A stretch of DNA of 55,224 nt, from positions 1 to 55,224 of the forward strand of contig VBFO01000007.1 of NCBI GenBank assembly GCA_005881025.1, read 5' to 3'. Position 1 is the stretch's first letter. Each line of letters begins with the position of its first letter. The translations under genes and the position numbers were made by a program. Of this stretch, positions 1 to 9,290 are shown piece after piece. This DNA comes from Chloroflexota bacterium. GTDB taxonomy: Bacteria; Chloroflexota; Dormibacteria; Dormibacterales; Dormibacteraceae. The notes under the pieces were generated by a model. That model did not search any database. It had not been told where the DNA came from and saw only the letters and a list, made by a program, of their open reading frames with translations.

Positions 1-129
1 CAGCTCGCCGACCTGCCGTTGGGCGTTCTTCGACCGCTCGCGGAATCATTCGAGCCGCTGGTGCACGATGGCTTCCTGCGGCAATCGAGAGAAAGCCAGA
101 CGATTTCGCGCACACAGGCAGCACGCCGC

Positions 130-1095
130 CTAAGCGCTCGCCCTTACCTCTCTCATCGAGGCACCCGAGCCCCCGAACCTCACAGCTGTGATCTCGGCCA
201 GGATCCCAAGTGCTGTCTCCTCCGCCCCGCGGCCACCGAGGTCCAGGCCGATCGGCCCGTGCACGCGCCCAAGCTGGTCCTCGGTGAAACCTTCGCGGCG
301 CAGCGCATCAAATCGGTTCTGATTCGTCTTGCGGCTTCCGATCGCGCCGATGTAGCCGACCGGCTTGCCGAGCACCCCCCGCAGTGCAGGCAGATCGAAC
401 TTCGGGTCGTGAGTGAGGATGACCACGTAGGTGGAGCTGTCGAGCTTCAGCTTGGCCAGCGCCTCGTCCGGCCACGAGACGATCAGCTCGTCCGCATCTG
501 GAAAACGTTCATGCGTGGCGAACTTCGCCCGGGCGTCGATGACCGTGACCCGATAGCCCATCAGCTTGGCCAGGCGGTGCAGAGGAATCGCGATGTGGAT
601 GGCCCCGATGACGACGAGGTGTGGAGTCCTGCGGAACGGCTGGATGAACCAGTCGCCGTCTCGTCGGGCCAGGCCTGACATCTGCGGATCGCCCTCGACC
701 ACCTCGACCTCACCGCTGACCAGGTTGGTGCGCATCGTGGCGGGCTCGTCTTTTGCGAGCGCTGTGATCAAGCGCTTCTGCGCCGGTGCCAGGGGCTGCA
801 CGAAGACCTCGATGTGCCCGCCACAGGCAAGCCCGACCTCGAAGGCAACGTCGTCCGCGACACCGAAAGCGGCTATCTTCGGCCGGCCCGACTTCAGCAC
901 CTTCTGCGCCTCTTCGAAGACGGCGCCTTCGATGCACCCGTTGCTGACCGATCCGGCCATCTTCCCGGACCGCGTGACGGCCATGGTGGACCCGAGAGGA
1001 CGGGGGCTGGAGCCCCAGGTCTCGATCACAGTGGCGAGGGCGACCTCCTCACCGGCGTCGTTCCACTGCCGCAGCTCGTCAAGGATCTCGCGCAT
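130..1095 (-). CDS. XdhC/CoxI-family accessory protein (Mo-cofactor maturation/insertion for xanthine-dehydrogenase-family enzymes)
   Basis: 321-aa ORF. N-terminal XdhC_CoxI-like part ([19 protein letters not shown]). C-terminal Rossmann-like half ([31 protein letters not shown]). Last gene of the cox-type cluster on the minus strand. Confidence 0.85.
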   Translation of the reverse strand: MREILDELRQWNDAGEEVALATVIETWGSSPRPLGSTMAVTRSGKMAGSVSNGCIEGAVFEEAQKVLKSGRPKIAAFGVADDVAFEVGLACGGHIEVFVQPLAPAQKRLITALAKDEPATMRTNLVSGEVEVVEGDPQMSGLARRDGDWFIQPFRRTPHLVVIGAIHIAIPLHRLAKLMGYRVTVIDARAKFATHERFPDADELIVSWPDEALAKLKLDSSTYVVILTHDPKFDLPALRGVLGKPVGYIGAIGSRKTNQNRFDALRREGFTEDQLGRVHGPIGLDLGGRGAEETALGILAEITAVRFGGSGASMREVRASA

Positions 1096-1104
1096 CTCGG
1101 ATCG

Positions 1105-2265
1105 TTATACGCGCGTGGAGCGGCGATCAAGGCCCGCCAGCAGCCGGCCGAGATCGTCGAGGGCCTGCACGTTGTGCGCGGCGAGAAAGTCGTCGCAGTA
1201 CGGCAGGGCCGCCGCCATGCCACGCGTCAGCGGCTGATATCCCTCGGACCCGATGAGCGGGTTCAGCCATACCAGTCGATGCGCCGACCGGCGCAGGTGG
1301 ATCAGCTCGGCGGTCAGCTGGTCGGGGTCGCCCCGGTCCCAGCCGTCGCTGACGATGATGACGACCGCGCCGTGCCCGAGCACGCGCCGCGCCCAGTGGC
1401 GGTTGAAGTCGGCGAGGGCGTCGCCGATGCGAGTGCCGCCGCTGAAGTCGTGCACGCCTTTGCTGACAGCTTCGAGTGCCTTGTCGAGGTCGCGCTGCCG
1501 AAGCTGTCTGGTGATGCGCGTGAGCCGGGTCGAAAAAACGAACGCCTCGAGGTCCTCACGGCGCGCGATCGCGTAAGCGAAGATCATCAGCAGCCGCGAG
1601 TAGCGTTCCATCGAACCGCTTACGTCGCAGATCAACACCAATGGGCGACGCCGCAATCGAGGCCGCCTGCGGAACAGCTGCATCAGCTCTCCGCTCGAGC
1701 GGATGGCATGCCGAGCTGACCGCCGCAGGTCGATCGGTCCCGTCTTGCCTGCGCGCATTCGGCGCGTGCGTCGCTCGGCCACGCGCCATGCGGCCTGCTC
1801 CAGCAGACGCCTGACCTGCTCCGTCTCGTCCCATGTCATCTCCTCGAAGTCCTTCTGACGAAGTAGCTCCTCGGCGCTGTAGCCGCTCGAGGTTGCAGGC
1901 ACCGACCGCGCCTCCTGCTCGCGGCTCATCTGGGAGCTGCTCAAGCCGAGGGCGGCAGACCAGGCTGCTGCTCTCTCGGGCGACATCCGCAGCGGGCGAC
2001 TGCGGCCCGGGATGGCGCCGGCCGTGATGCGTGGATCGGGCGGCGCCCAGAAGATGTCGAATGCAGCCTCGAAGGTCGGGATGTCCTCCTTGCGGCTGAC
2101 GAACACCGAGCGCAGCGCGCCGCGGAAGTCGGTCTCGCGCTTGAGGTCGATGTAGGTCAGCGCGCGGGTGGCGTCGGTCAGGCGGCGGGGGCCGGCTTCG
2201 ATCCCAGAGTCGTGAAGCAGCCGCGCGAACGCGCCGAGGCGAGGGAGAAGGTCGGAGTCAGGCAC
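1105..2265 (-). CDS. coxE: VWA-domain CoxE-like protein
   Basis: 386-aa ORF. MIDAS-type motif LICDVSGSM. C-terminal vWA fold pattern. Overlaps the upstream MoxR ATPase gene by 8 nt, the classical CoxD/CoxE pairing. Confidence 0.8.
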   Translation of the reverse strand: MPDSDLLPRLGAFARLLHDSGIEAGPRRLTDATRALTYIDLKRETDFRGALRSVFVSRKEDIPTFEAAFDIFWAPPDPRITAGAIPGRSRPLRMSPERAAAWSAALGLSSSQMSREQEARSVPATSSGYSAEELLRQKDFEEMTWDETEQVRRLLEQAAWRVAERRTRRMRAGKTGPIDLRRSARHAIRSSGELMQLFRRRPRLRRRPLVLICDVSGSMERYSRLLMIFAYAIARREDLEAFVFSTRLTRITRQLRQRDLDKALEAVSKGVHDFSGGTRIGDALADFNRHWARRVLGHGAVVIIVSDGWDRGDPDQLTAELIHLRRSAHRLVWLNPLIGSEGYQPLTRGMAAALPYCDDFLAAHNVQALDDLGRLLAGLDRRSTRV

Positions 2266-3160
2266 CTCGAGCTTTCTCGACCATCGCCGGCACCTTTTCC
2301 CGCACGCGCTCCAGGTCTTCCTGGTACTTCAGGGCCGCACCGAGAGTGGCGTCGACGAGGGAGCTGTCGATGCGGGTCGCGCCCAAGGCCGCCAGAGAGC
2401 GGGCCCAGTCGAGCGTCTCGGCCACGCCCGGCACCTTGTACAGGTCCATCCCTCTCAGGCCCTGCACCAGCGCCGCCACCTCGCGGGCCAGCCCGTCTGC
2501 CGCCTCCGGCGCCCGCGCCCGCACGATCTCCACCTCTTTCTCGAGGTTGGGGTAGTCGATCCAGTGGTAGAGGCAGCGTCGTTTCAACGCGTCGTGCACC
2601 TCACGGGTGCGGTTGGAGGTGATGACCACAAACGGCGGCCGCTTGGCCTTGATGGTCCCCAGCTCTGGGATCGACACCTGGAAATCCGACAGCAGCTCGA
2701 GAAGAAAAGCCTCGAACTCCTCGTCTGAACGGTCGATCTCATCGATCAGGAGCACCGGTGGGACCGCGTCGTCGTTGTCGATGGCATCCAGGAGTGGACG
2801 CCGGAGCAGGAACTCGGGGCTGAAGATCTCGCGCTCAGCGGCGCGCCGGTCCTGCGTTTCGTCCAGCAGCCTGATGTGCAGCAGCTGCCGGGGGTAGTTC
2901 CACTCGTAGACGGCGTGCGCGAGGTCGATGCCCTCGTAGCACTGGAGGCGGATCAACCTCGCGTCCAGGACCTCCGCCATCACCTTGGCGGCCTCGGTCT
3001 TGCCTACCCCGGCCTCGCCCTCGATGAACAACGGCTTGTCGAGCTTGAGGGCCAGAAAGATCGCGGTTGCGAGTGCGCGATCGCCGATGTAGTGACGCTC
3101 AAGCAGCCTGGCTTCGACATCACCGATCTCGTTGATGCTCGTCGGCCTGGCGGTACCCAC
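2258..3160 (-). CDS. coxD: MoxR-type AAA+ ATPase, CoxD-like
   Basis: Walker A GEAGVGKTE and Walker B VLLIDEIDR. The ORF is open up to a GTG at 3235. I prefer the GTG at 3160 (MGTARPTSINEIGD...) because a perfect GC hairpin (3191-3210, gggggaggc/gcctccccc) lies upstream of it. Start uncertain. Confidence 0.8.
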   Translation of the reverse strand: MGTARPTSINEIGDVEARLLERHYIGDRALATAIFLALKLDKPLFIEGEAGVGKTEAAKVMAEVLDARLIRLQCYEGIDLAHAVYEWNYPRQLLHIRLLDETQDRRAAEREIFSPEFLLRRPLLDAIDNDDAVPPVLLIDEIDRSDEEFEAFLLELLSDFQVSIPELGTIKAKRPPFVVITSNRTREVHDALKRRCLYHWIDYPNLEKEVEIVRARAPEAADGLAREVAALVQGLRGMDLYKVPGVAETLDWARSLAALGATRIDSSLVDATLGAALKYQEDLERVREKVPAMVEKARGA

Positions 3161-3308
3161 GCAGGAAAGGGTACCGCCGGGACTTAGCACGGGGGAGGCA
3201 GGCCTCCCCCGTGGGACCCCCACCCTCCTCGCCACGACTGGGTGGCGCTTGGAAAGTGCACGCCGGCGGACGGCCGGAATGAATCCGGCCTGCTTGCGAC
3301 CCTAGCGT

Positions 3309-4289
3309 CTAGTCGTATGCGGGGTTGTCGACCGTCGCGTCGTAGAGGTAGGTGCCGCTGAAGGCCGTCCACTGCGGGGTGGAGATGCTGCAGCTCTTGG
3401 TCGTCGTGGTGCCGTGCGAGATGTCCGGCGAGATGGTCACCTTGCATGTGCCCAGCGAGCTCTGGTCAGCCTTGCTCGTGAGGGTGAAGGTCAGGACCGA
3501 CGGCGTGGACCCGGTCTTGGTGCCGCCCTTGTTGGCGATCACCGCCGAGATCACGCATGGGTCGTCGCAGCGGGACACGCTGATGGAGTTGACCGAGTAG
3601 TACGCGGGCCACGTGGATGGCTCGTCGATCTGCCAGACGTCGGTCGGCGCCGTGAGTCCAAAGCTCTTGCCGTAGTTGATGAACTCAAAGTCGCCGTTGC
3701 TCACGTCGGACACTGTCTTGCCAGGCTTGGTCTCCACCCGAACGAGGTGATAGGGCGATGCCTCGGTGATGTTCACGATCGTGTCGGACGTGGAGAGCTC
3801 TGCGGTGTCGGTGCCGTTGACGCTCACGTTGTCTTTCCGGCTGACGCCCAGGGTGTTCAGAAAGTTCGCCTTCACCTTTTGTGAGTCGGTGAACTGCGTA
3901 GTGTCGATCGGCGTCGCATCCTGGCTCGTGAACCACTTGTCGCCGACGGCGCGCGCCACCGATTGGCCGAACGGATCTGTGCCCACGGTGCTCGTCAGGA
4001 TGTCCTTGCTCTTGTAGTACGCCTTGCCCCCCACCTGGAGTAGCTCGAGATGGACCGCGTCCTGGTCGACCACCATGTCCGCGGCATCCGGCTTCTGGTA
4101 CTCGAGGTCGAACGTGTAGTTGTGTCCGCCAGTTGTGAATTTGCCCTTGACCTCGAAACCGGATGCGCTCGCCAGGTTGTCAGCGGCGCCGTTGATGAGC
4201 TGCGAGGTCGAGGCCTGACCGATACCGAAAGGAAGACCACAAGCGGTCGCCATCAATCCCGCCACCGCGGCGACTAGAAAATTGCGCAT
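3309..4289 (-). CDS. Secreted protein or lipoprotein of unknown function
   Basis: 326-aa ORF with a signal peptide MRNFLVAAVAGLMATAC|G (weak lipobox) and an SD-like gagggga upstream. Ser/Thr-rich, beta-rich sequence with a Cys-containing C-terminal domain. No family recognised. Confidence 0.55.
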   Translation of the reverse strand: MRNFLVAAVAGLMATACGLPFGIGQASTSQLINGAADNLASASGFEVKGKFTTGGHNYTFDLEYQKPDAADMVVDQDAVHLELLQVGGKAYYKSKDILTSTVGTDPFGQSVARAVGDKWFTSQDATPIDTTQFTDSQKVKANFLNTLGVSRKDNVSVNGTDTAELSTSDTIVNITEASPYHLVRVETKPGKTVSDVSNGDFEFINYGKSFGLTAPTDVWQIDEPSTWPAYYSVNSISVSRCDDPCVISAVIANKGGTKTGSTPSVLTFTLTSKADQSSLGTCKVTISPDISHGTTTTKSCSISTPQWTAFSGTYLYDATVDNPAYD

Positions 4290-4302
4290 CGAAAATCCCC
4301 TC

Positions 4303-4338
4303 TGAAAAAAAGAATGGCCCGGCGAGATGCCGGGCCAT
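4303..4338 (-). terminator. Intrinsic terminator immediately after coxM
   Basis: On the minus-strand RNA, a 9-10 bp stem AUGGCCCGGC-aucuc-GCCGGGCCAU is followed by UCUUUUUUU. It lies 9 nt downstream of the coxM stop and about 20 nt upstream of the lipoprotein start. Confidence 0.6.
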
Positions 4339-4346
4339 CCTACAGG

Positions 4347-5153
4347 CTATTGCGCCTGCTCGATAGCTCTTTTCGTCAACACCCTGGCGAGGTGCTTCTT
4401 GTATTCCGGGCTGGCGCGCAGGTCGCCGGCCGGGTTGAGGCCGTCGGATGCGTGCTGCGCCGCCTCCTCGGGCTTGGCGCCCTTCGCGAGCGCGTCCTCC
4501 ACCGCCTTGGCGCGCACCGGCGTCGGGCCGACATTGGTCAGGCCGACCCGCCAGTGACCGTCCACCTTCTGGGCTGCGGCTCCGACGATGGCCCAGTCGA
4601 ACAGGCGACGCCGGAACTTGATGTACTTGTGCGGCCCGTTGGCCACCGGGAACACGACCTCGGTGACTATCTCGTTGGCGGCGAGAGCCGTGGTGAAGAT
4701 GTCCTTGAAGAAATCGCGGGCCGGGATGGTGCGCTTGTTGGTCACGATGTCGGCGTCGAGCATCAGCGCGAGCGTGGGGTAGTCCCCCGCCGCATCGCCG
4801 TGCGCGATCACCCCGCCCATCGTGCCCATGTTGCGGACCTGGTTGTCACCCACCTCGGCTGCGACCTCCGCGAGGATCGGAAGCGATTCCTTGACCGTCT
4901 GCGAGCTATGAATCTGGACGTGCCGGGCGAGCGCTCCGACATGCAGCTTGGAGCCCTTGACCTCGATGTGATCGAGACCCTTGATGCCGTTGATGTCGAC
5001 CAGCGCCTTCGGCTGCGCCAGACGCAGGCGCATGAGCGGGATGAGGCTGTGGCCGCCGGCCAGCACCTTGGCGTCCTCGCCAAGCCTGTCCAGCAGCTTG
5101 ACCGCCTCGTCGACGGAGGAGGCCTTCGCGTATTCGAATGCGGCGGGGATCAC
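4347..5153 (-). CDS. coxM: Xanthine-dehydrogenase-family / CO-dehydrogenase-like medium subunit (FAD-binding)
   Basis: 268-aa ORF. FAD_binding_5 pattern (LAGGHSLIPLMRLRL). CO_deh_flav_C-like C-terminus. 4-nt overlap with the coxL stop. Confidence 0.9.
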   Translation of the reverse strand: MIPAAFEYAKASSVDEAVKLLDRLGEDAKVLAGGHSLIPLMRLRLAQPKALVDINGIKGLDHIEVKGSKLHVGALARHVQIHSSQTVKESLPILAEVAAEVGDNQVRNMGTMGGVIAHGDAAGDYPTLALMLDADIVTNKRTIPARDFFKDIFTTALAANEIVTEVVFPVANGPHKYIKFRRRLFDWAIVGAAAQKVDGHWRVGLTNVGPTPVRAKAVEDALAKGAKPEEAAQHASDGLNPAGDLRASPEYKKHLARVLTKRAIEQAQ

Positions 5154-7507
5154 TTGCGCGCCTCCTTGATCTGATTCCAGAGTCTGTCGGGCGTCGCCGG
5201 CATGTCCACATGCTTGATGCCGAGCGGCGAGACCGCGTCGCAGATCGCATTGATGATCGCGGCGGTGGCGGCGATGGTCCCAGCCTCCCCGATGCCCTTG
5301 ACTCCGAGCTCGTTGGTCGGGCTGGGCGTGATGGTCCGGTCGAGCTGGATGTTCGGGATCTCATTCATGGATGGGATCGTGTAATCGAGGAACGTCGCAG
5401 AGCGCAGCTGGCCATCCTGGTCGTAGACCATCTCCTCGTACAGTGCCTGCCCAATGCTCTGGGCGATGCCGCCATGCAGCTGGCCGTCCACGATCATCGG
5501 GTTGATGATGTTTCCGCAGTCGTCGACCGCGACGTACTTGGTGATCTGCGCGTTACCGGTCTCGGCGTCCACCTCGACGGCGCAGATGTGGGCGCCGAAC
5601 GGCCACACGAAGTTGGGCGGCTCGAAATAAGCCACCGCCTCCAACCCCTGCTCGAGCCCGGCAGGTAGCTGGCCGTACGCCGCGAAGGCAACCTCTCCAA
5701 ACGCCTTCGACTTGTCGGGCGCGCCCTTGACGTGGAACTTGCCCTGGTCGAAGACTATGTCCTCCTCAGCCGCCTCGAGGATGTGGGCCGCGACTTTCTT
5801 GCCCTTCTCGACCACCTTGGCGCAGGCGCGATTGATCGCGACTCCGCCCACCGCCAGCGTGCGGGAACCATAGGTGCCGTAGCCGAAGCCCGGCCCCTCG
5901 TTGGTGTCGCCGTGGCGGATGTCGATCTGTTCGATCGGGACGCCAAGCGCGTCGGCGGCGATCTGAGCGTGAGTCGTGTCGTTGCCCTGGCCGTGGTTGT
6001 GGGTGCCGACATAGATGCTTACCCCGCCGGCCGGGTGGACCTTGACCTGGGCCGACTCGGACAGCACCACGCCGCCGGTCGCCGGTCCGGTGACCGCGCC
6101 GGGCCCCAGGCCGCAGATCTCGATCCAGGTCGAAAGACCGATGCCGACGAGCTTGCCCTGCTTGCGGGCTTCCGCCTGCTCGCGCCGCATCTGGTCGTAG
6201 CCGAACAGCTTCAGCGCCTTGTCGAGGCTGGCGTTGTAATCGCCGGAGTCCATGACCAGCCCGAAGTTCTGCGTGAACGGGAACTCCTCTTTGGCGGGAA
6301 AGTTCTTGCGGCGCAGCTCGACGGGGTCCATCTTCAGCTCGACCGCGAGCAGATCGATCATCCGCTCCGCGACGTGGGTGGCCTCGGGTCGTCCTGCCCC
6401 GCGGTAAGGGTCGGTCGTGATCTTGTTGGTGAGCACGCCGATCGAGCGCGATGAGATGGCCTTCCACTTATAGGCGCCGCCCGCGAGCAGGCAGGCGCAT
6501 GTCTGGAAGGCTCCGAAGGTTCCGATGTAGGCGCCGCAGTCAAGCAGCTGGGTGACGCGCATGCCGAGGAGCGTGCCGTCCTTCTTGGCCGAGGCTTCTA
6601 CGTCATATATCTGTCCGCGGCCGGCGTAGGCGTTCTGCACCGCCTCGGTGCGGGTCTCGGTCCATTTGACAGGTCGCTCGACCAGCTTGGACACCGCCGG
6701 CACGAGGTAGTCCTCGGGGTAGGGGCTGATCTTGGAACCGAAACCGCCGCCGACGTCATGGGAGACGACGCGCACCGAGTGCTCGCCCATCCCCAGCGCG
6801 CCAGACACGAACAGCCGGATCCAGTGCGGGTTCTGCGTGGACATCCACATGGTCAGGCGCTTGTCGAACGGGTCGTACTCCGCCATGACGACTCGGCTCT
6901 CGATCGCGTTCGGCGATAGGCGCCGCTGGAGGATGCGCTGCTTGACCACGACGTCTGCGGTCTTGAAAGCTTCCTCGGTCGCTTCCCACGGAACGTAGGT
7001 CGCGTCCCAGGCGATGTTGTCGGGCTGGTCGGTGTGAGCCTTGGGGCTGCCCGGCTTCATCGCTTCCTCGATCTCCATCACCGCGGGCAGCGGGTCGTAC
7101 TCGACGTCGACAAGCTGGGCTGCGTCCGCAGCCTGGTAGCGCTGCTCGGCCACGACCACCGCGACCGGCTCGCCCTGGTAGCAGACCTCCTCGCGCGCGA
7201 TCGGATAGCGCGGTGGGTTCACCTTCTTGTCAGGAGCGAAAACAGGAGCCACCGGGTGGGTGGCCGGGCCGGCGATGATGTCCTTGAAGTCCTGGGCCGT
7301 GAAGACCCCCAGGACGCCGGGCGACTTCTTGGCCGCCTCGACTCCGATGCTCTTGATCCTCGCGTGCGCATGCGGGCTCCTGACCACCGCCAGATGGACC
7401 AGGCCGGTCCTCGTCAGGTCATCCGTGTAGCGCCCGTGTCCGGTGATGAGTCGCGGATCCTCGCGGCGATGGATCTTGGCTCCGACGAGCTGGGAGACCG
7501 CCATCAC
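5150..7507 (-). CDS. coxL: Molybdopterin-binding large subunit, form-II CoxL-like (xanthine dehydrogenase family)
   Basis: 785-aa ORF with aldehyde-oxidase/xanthine-DH a/b-hammerhead and MoCo domains. The active-site loop reads ...[13 protein letters not shown]..., the AYRGAGR type rather than the AYxCSFR of bona fide form-I CO dehydrogenase. Confidence 0.9.
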   Translation of the reverse strand: MMAVSQLVGAKIHRREDPRLITGHGRYTDDLTRTGLVHLAVVRSPHAHARIKSIGVEAAKKSPGVLGVFTAQDFKDIIAGPATHPVAPVFAPDKKVNPPRYPIAREEVCYQGEPVAVVVAEQRYQAADAAQLVDVEYDPLPAVMEIEEAMKPGSPKAHTDQPDNIAWDATYVPWEATEEAFKTADVVVKQRILQRRLSPNAIESRVVMAEYDPFDKRLTMWMSTQNPHWIRLFVSGALGMGEHSVRVVSHDVGGGFGSKISPYPEDYLVPAVSKLVERPVKWTETRTEAVQNAYAGRGQIYDVEASAKKDGTLLGMRVTQLLDCGAYIGTFGAFQTCACLLAGGAYKWKAISSRSIGVLTNKITTDPYRGAGRPEATHVAERMIDLLAVELKMDPVELRRKNFPAKEEFPFTQNFGLVMDSGDYNASLDKALKLFGYDQMRREQAEARKQGKLVGIGLSTWIEICGLGPGAVTGPATGGVVLSESAQVKVHPAGGVSIYVGTHNHGQGNDTTHAQIAADALGVPIEQIDIRHGDTNEGPGFGYGTYGSRTLAVGGVAINRACAKVVEKGKKVAAHILEAAEEDIVFDQGKFHVKGAPDKSKAFGEVAFAAYGQLPAGLEQGLEAVAYFEPPNFVWPFGAHICAVEVDAETGNAQITKYVAVDDCGNIINPMIVDGQLHGGIAQSIGQALYEEMVYDQDGQLRSATFLDYTIPSMNEIPNIQLDRTITPSPTNELGVKGIGEAGTIAATAAIINAICDAVSPLGIKHVDMPATPDRLWNQIKEARK

Positions 7508-8019
7508 TCACCTCCCGCGGTGACTGCGGACCGGCCGGCGGTCGTAGACGCGCCGCCCATGACCTTGGCGGCCGACTGGACCGACTTGACGATGTTCACA
7601 TAACCGGTGCAGCGGCAGAGGTTCCCCTCGAGCCCGCGCCGGATCTCGTCCTCGGTCGGGTTCGGGTTCTGCTCTAGCAGGTAAGCGGCCGCCATGATGA
7701 AACCGGGCGTGCAGTAGCCGCACTGCAGCCCGTGCTCGTCCCAGAAAGCCTGCTGGATGGGATGCAGCTTGCCTTCCTTGGCCAGGCCCTCGATAGTGGT
7801 CAGGTTGCGGCCGTCCGCCTGGACGGCAAACATCGTGCAGCTCTTGATCGCCTTGCCGTCGACGTGGATCGTGCAGGCGCCGCACTGGCTCGTATCGCAG
7901 CCGATGTGCGTGCCGGTCAGGCCCACTACGTCCCGTAAGTAGTGCACGAGCAGCAGGCGCGCCTCGACCTCATGCTCGTGCTTCCGCCCATTGATGGTGA
8001 CTGCGACCTTGTGCTTCAT
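7504..8019 (-). CDS. coxS: [2Fe-2S] small subunit of the xanthine-DH/CODH family
   Basis: 171-aa ORF with two cluster motifs: [15 protein letters not shown] and LQCGYCTPG...CRCTGY. ATGA overlap with coxL. Confidence 0.9.
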   Translation of the reverse strand: MKHKVAVTINGRKHEHEVEARLLLVHYLRDVVGLTGTHIGCDTSQCGACTIHVDGKAIKSCTMFAVQADGRNLTTIEGLAKEGKLHPIQQAFWDEHGLQCGYCTPGFIMAAAYLLEQNPNPTEDEIRRGLEGNLCRCTGYVNIVKSVQSAAKVMGGASTTAGRSAVTAGGE

Positions 8020-8138
8020 CGGCTCCTCCCTAGCTAGCGGGTTGCTCCGTCAGAGCGCGGGACGGCGCCATCGAGCGCCTTTGCCTCGCAAAACCGAACC
8101 GTAACGAACTCTACTATTCGGCTACTTTTACAGTTGAA

Positions 8139-8735
8139 ATGCAACTGGAAAATTCATTCACGGTCACCGCGCCGCCGGAGCGGGTATTCGCGTACCTGCT
8201 GGACGTGAACAAGGTCGTCGGCTGCGTTCCCGGGGCCGAGCTGACGGAGGTCGTCGACGACACGACCTTCAAGGGCAAGGTCAAGATCAAGGTGGGCCCG
8301 ATCACCGTCGCGTACAGCGGAACAGCTCGCATCACCGGCAGGGATGACTCCGGGCACTCGGCCACCCTCGAAGCCGAGGGTAGGGAGACCACGGGCCAGG
8401 GCTCTGCCCGGGCGAAGGCCCTGATGGCGGTGACCGCGGATGGGGACGGCTCGATCGTTCGGATCACCACCGACTACACAGTCGCCGGCCGGGTGGCCCA
8501 GTTCGGCCGCGGAGTGATGGAGGACGTGTCGCGGCGCATCGTCAACGAGATGGCGAGCTGCATCAAAGCCAACGTCGAGGGCGCGAACCGTCCTGCCACG
8601 CCTGCGGCCGGATCAACTGGCCGGCAGGAAGAGCCGCCTCAGCAGGTGACCGCGCCGCCCATCAACGCGGTCTCCCTTTTCTTCCAGGTCCTGTGGACAG
8701 GGATCCGGCGCGCCTTGGGAGGAAGGCCGACCTAG
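8139..8735 (+). CDS. coxG: SRPBCC-fold CoxG-family protein
   Basis: 198-aa ORF. Typical CoxG start MQLENSFTVTAPPERVFAYLLDVNKVVGCVPGAE... Divergent from coxS. Confidence 0.8.
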   Translation: MQLENSFTVTAPPERVFAYLLDVNKVVGCVPGAELTEVVDDTTFKGKVKIKVGPITVAYSGTARITGRDDSGHSATLEAEGRETTGQGSARAKALMAVTADGDGSIVRITTDYTVAGRVAQFGRGVMEDVSRRIVNEMASCIKANVEGANRPATPAAGSTGRQEEPPQQVTAPPINAVSLFFQVLWTGIRRALGGRPT

Positions 8736-8738
8736 CCC

Positions 8739-9248
8739 TTACCCCAGGAATAGGGCGAGCATGTGCTCGCGGTTGACCCAGATGTTGGGCTGGGTCCACG
8801 CCTTGCCGGCGACGTTGACGATGGTGACGGTGGCCTCGACGATCTGGAAGAACCTGGCCTTGAGCAGGAGTTCCGAGTGCATCTCCGGCGCTGCCGCCTT
8901 CGGAAACTCAACGAACCCGCTGACCAGGAAGCTTGAGGCCTGGAACATCGCGTAGCGGCGGATCATCTCCATCACCTGGTCCGGCGGTGGCGGCTCCGGC
9001 TCGATGGTGCGGATGCCGCCGATCAGGGCCTTGTTGAACAGTCCTTCGGGCACGCCGTTGAGCGGGACCGCGCCCGGCAGCAGCGGCTCAGCAGAGATGT
9101 TGTGAAGATGGAACAGGGGCTCGGGGTCGATCATGGTCTCGCGCAGACGGCCACGAACCTGTATCTCGGCGGTCAGGCGCTCATACGCCGTGAGCACGTC
9201 GACTTTGGTCCAGGGTGAGGGGACTCCCAGAGAGCCAGAGCTTTGCAT
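8739..9248 (-). CDS. Hypothetical protein (169 aa)
   Basis: C-terminal part of the 454-aa ORF 8739..10103. Only the part from the ATG at 9248 (MQSSGSLGVPSPW...) is free of overlap with the amidase gene, and it has protein-like composition. No family recognised. Confidence 0.5.
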   Translation of the reverse strand: MQSSGSLGVPSPWTKVDVLTAYERLTAEIQVRGRLRETMIDPEPLFHLHNISAEPLLPGAVPLNGVPEGLFNKALIGGIRTIEPEPPPPDQVMEMIRRYAMFQASSFLVSGFVEFPKAAAPEMHSELLLKARFFQIVEATVTIVNVAGKAWTQPNIWVNREHMLALFLG

Positions 9249-9290
9249 GTCGGCTGGATGGTATCGAACCGACTGCGAGAATTCACGTTG

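Noticed and set aside
1-129. A possible partial gene at the left window edge, either the plus frame [25 protein letters not shown]... or a minus-strand start downstream of xdhC.
   Set aside because: It is too short. Two frames show comparable GC3, no motif is present, and the plus frame has no stop before running 550 nt into xdhC. It cannot be assigned.
19-1719. Long plus-strand ORFs (19..678, 566..1237, 814..1719) over the xdhC/coxE region.
   Set aside because: They are antisense to genes with clear family motifs. Their Arg/Ala/Pro/Gly-rich composition is typical of high-GC shadow ORFs. The same reasoning applies to 4314..5174, 5732..6454, 27046..28143, 33155..33877, 45493..46641, 51635..52648 and similar ORFs.
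4347-8019. Calling the cluster an aerobic carbon-monoxide dehydrogenase.
   Set aside because: The active-site loop is of the AYRGAGR type and the gene order is SLM. The substrate is unknown, so only a family-level call is justified.
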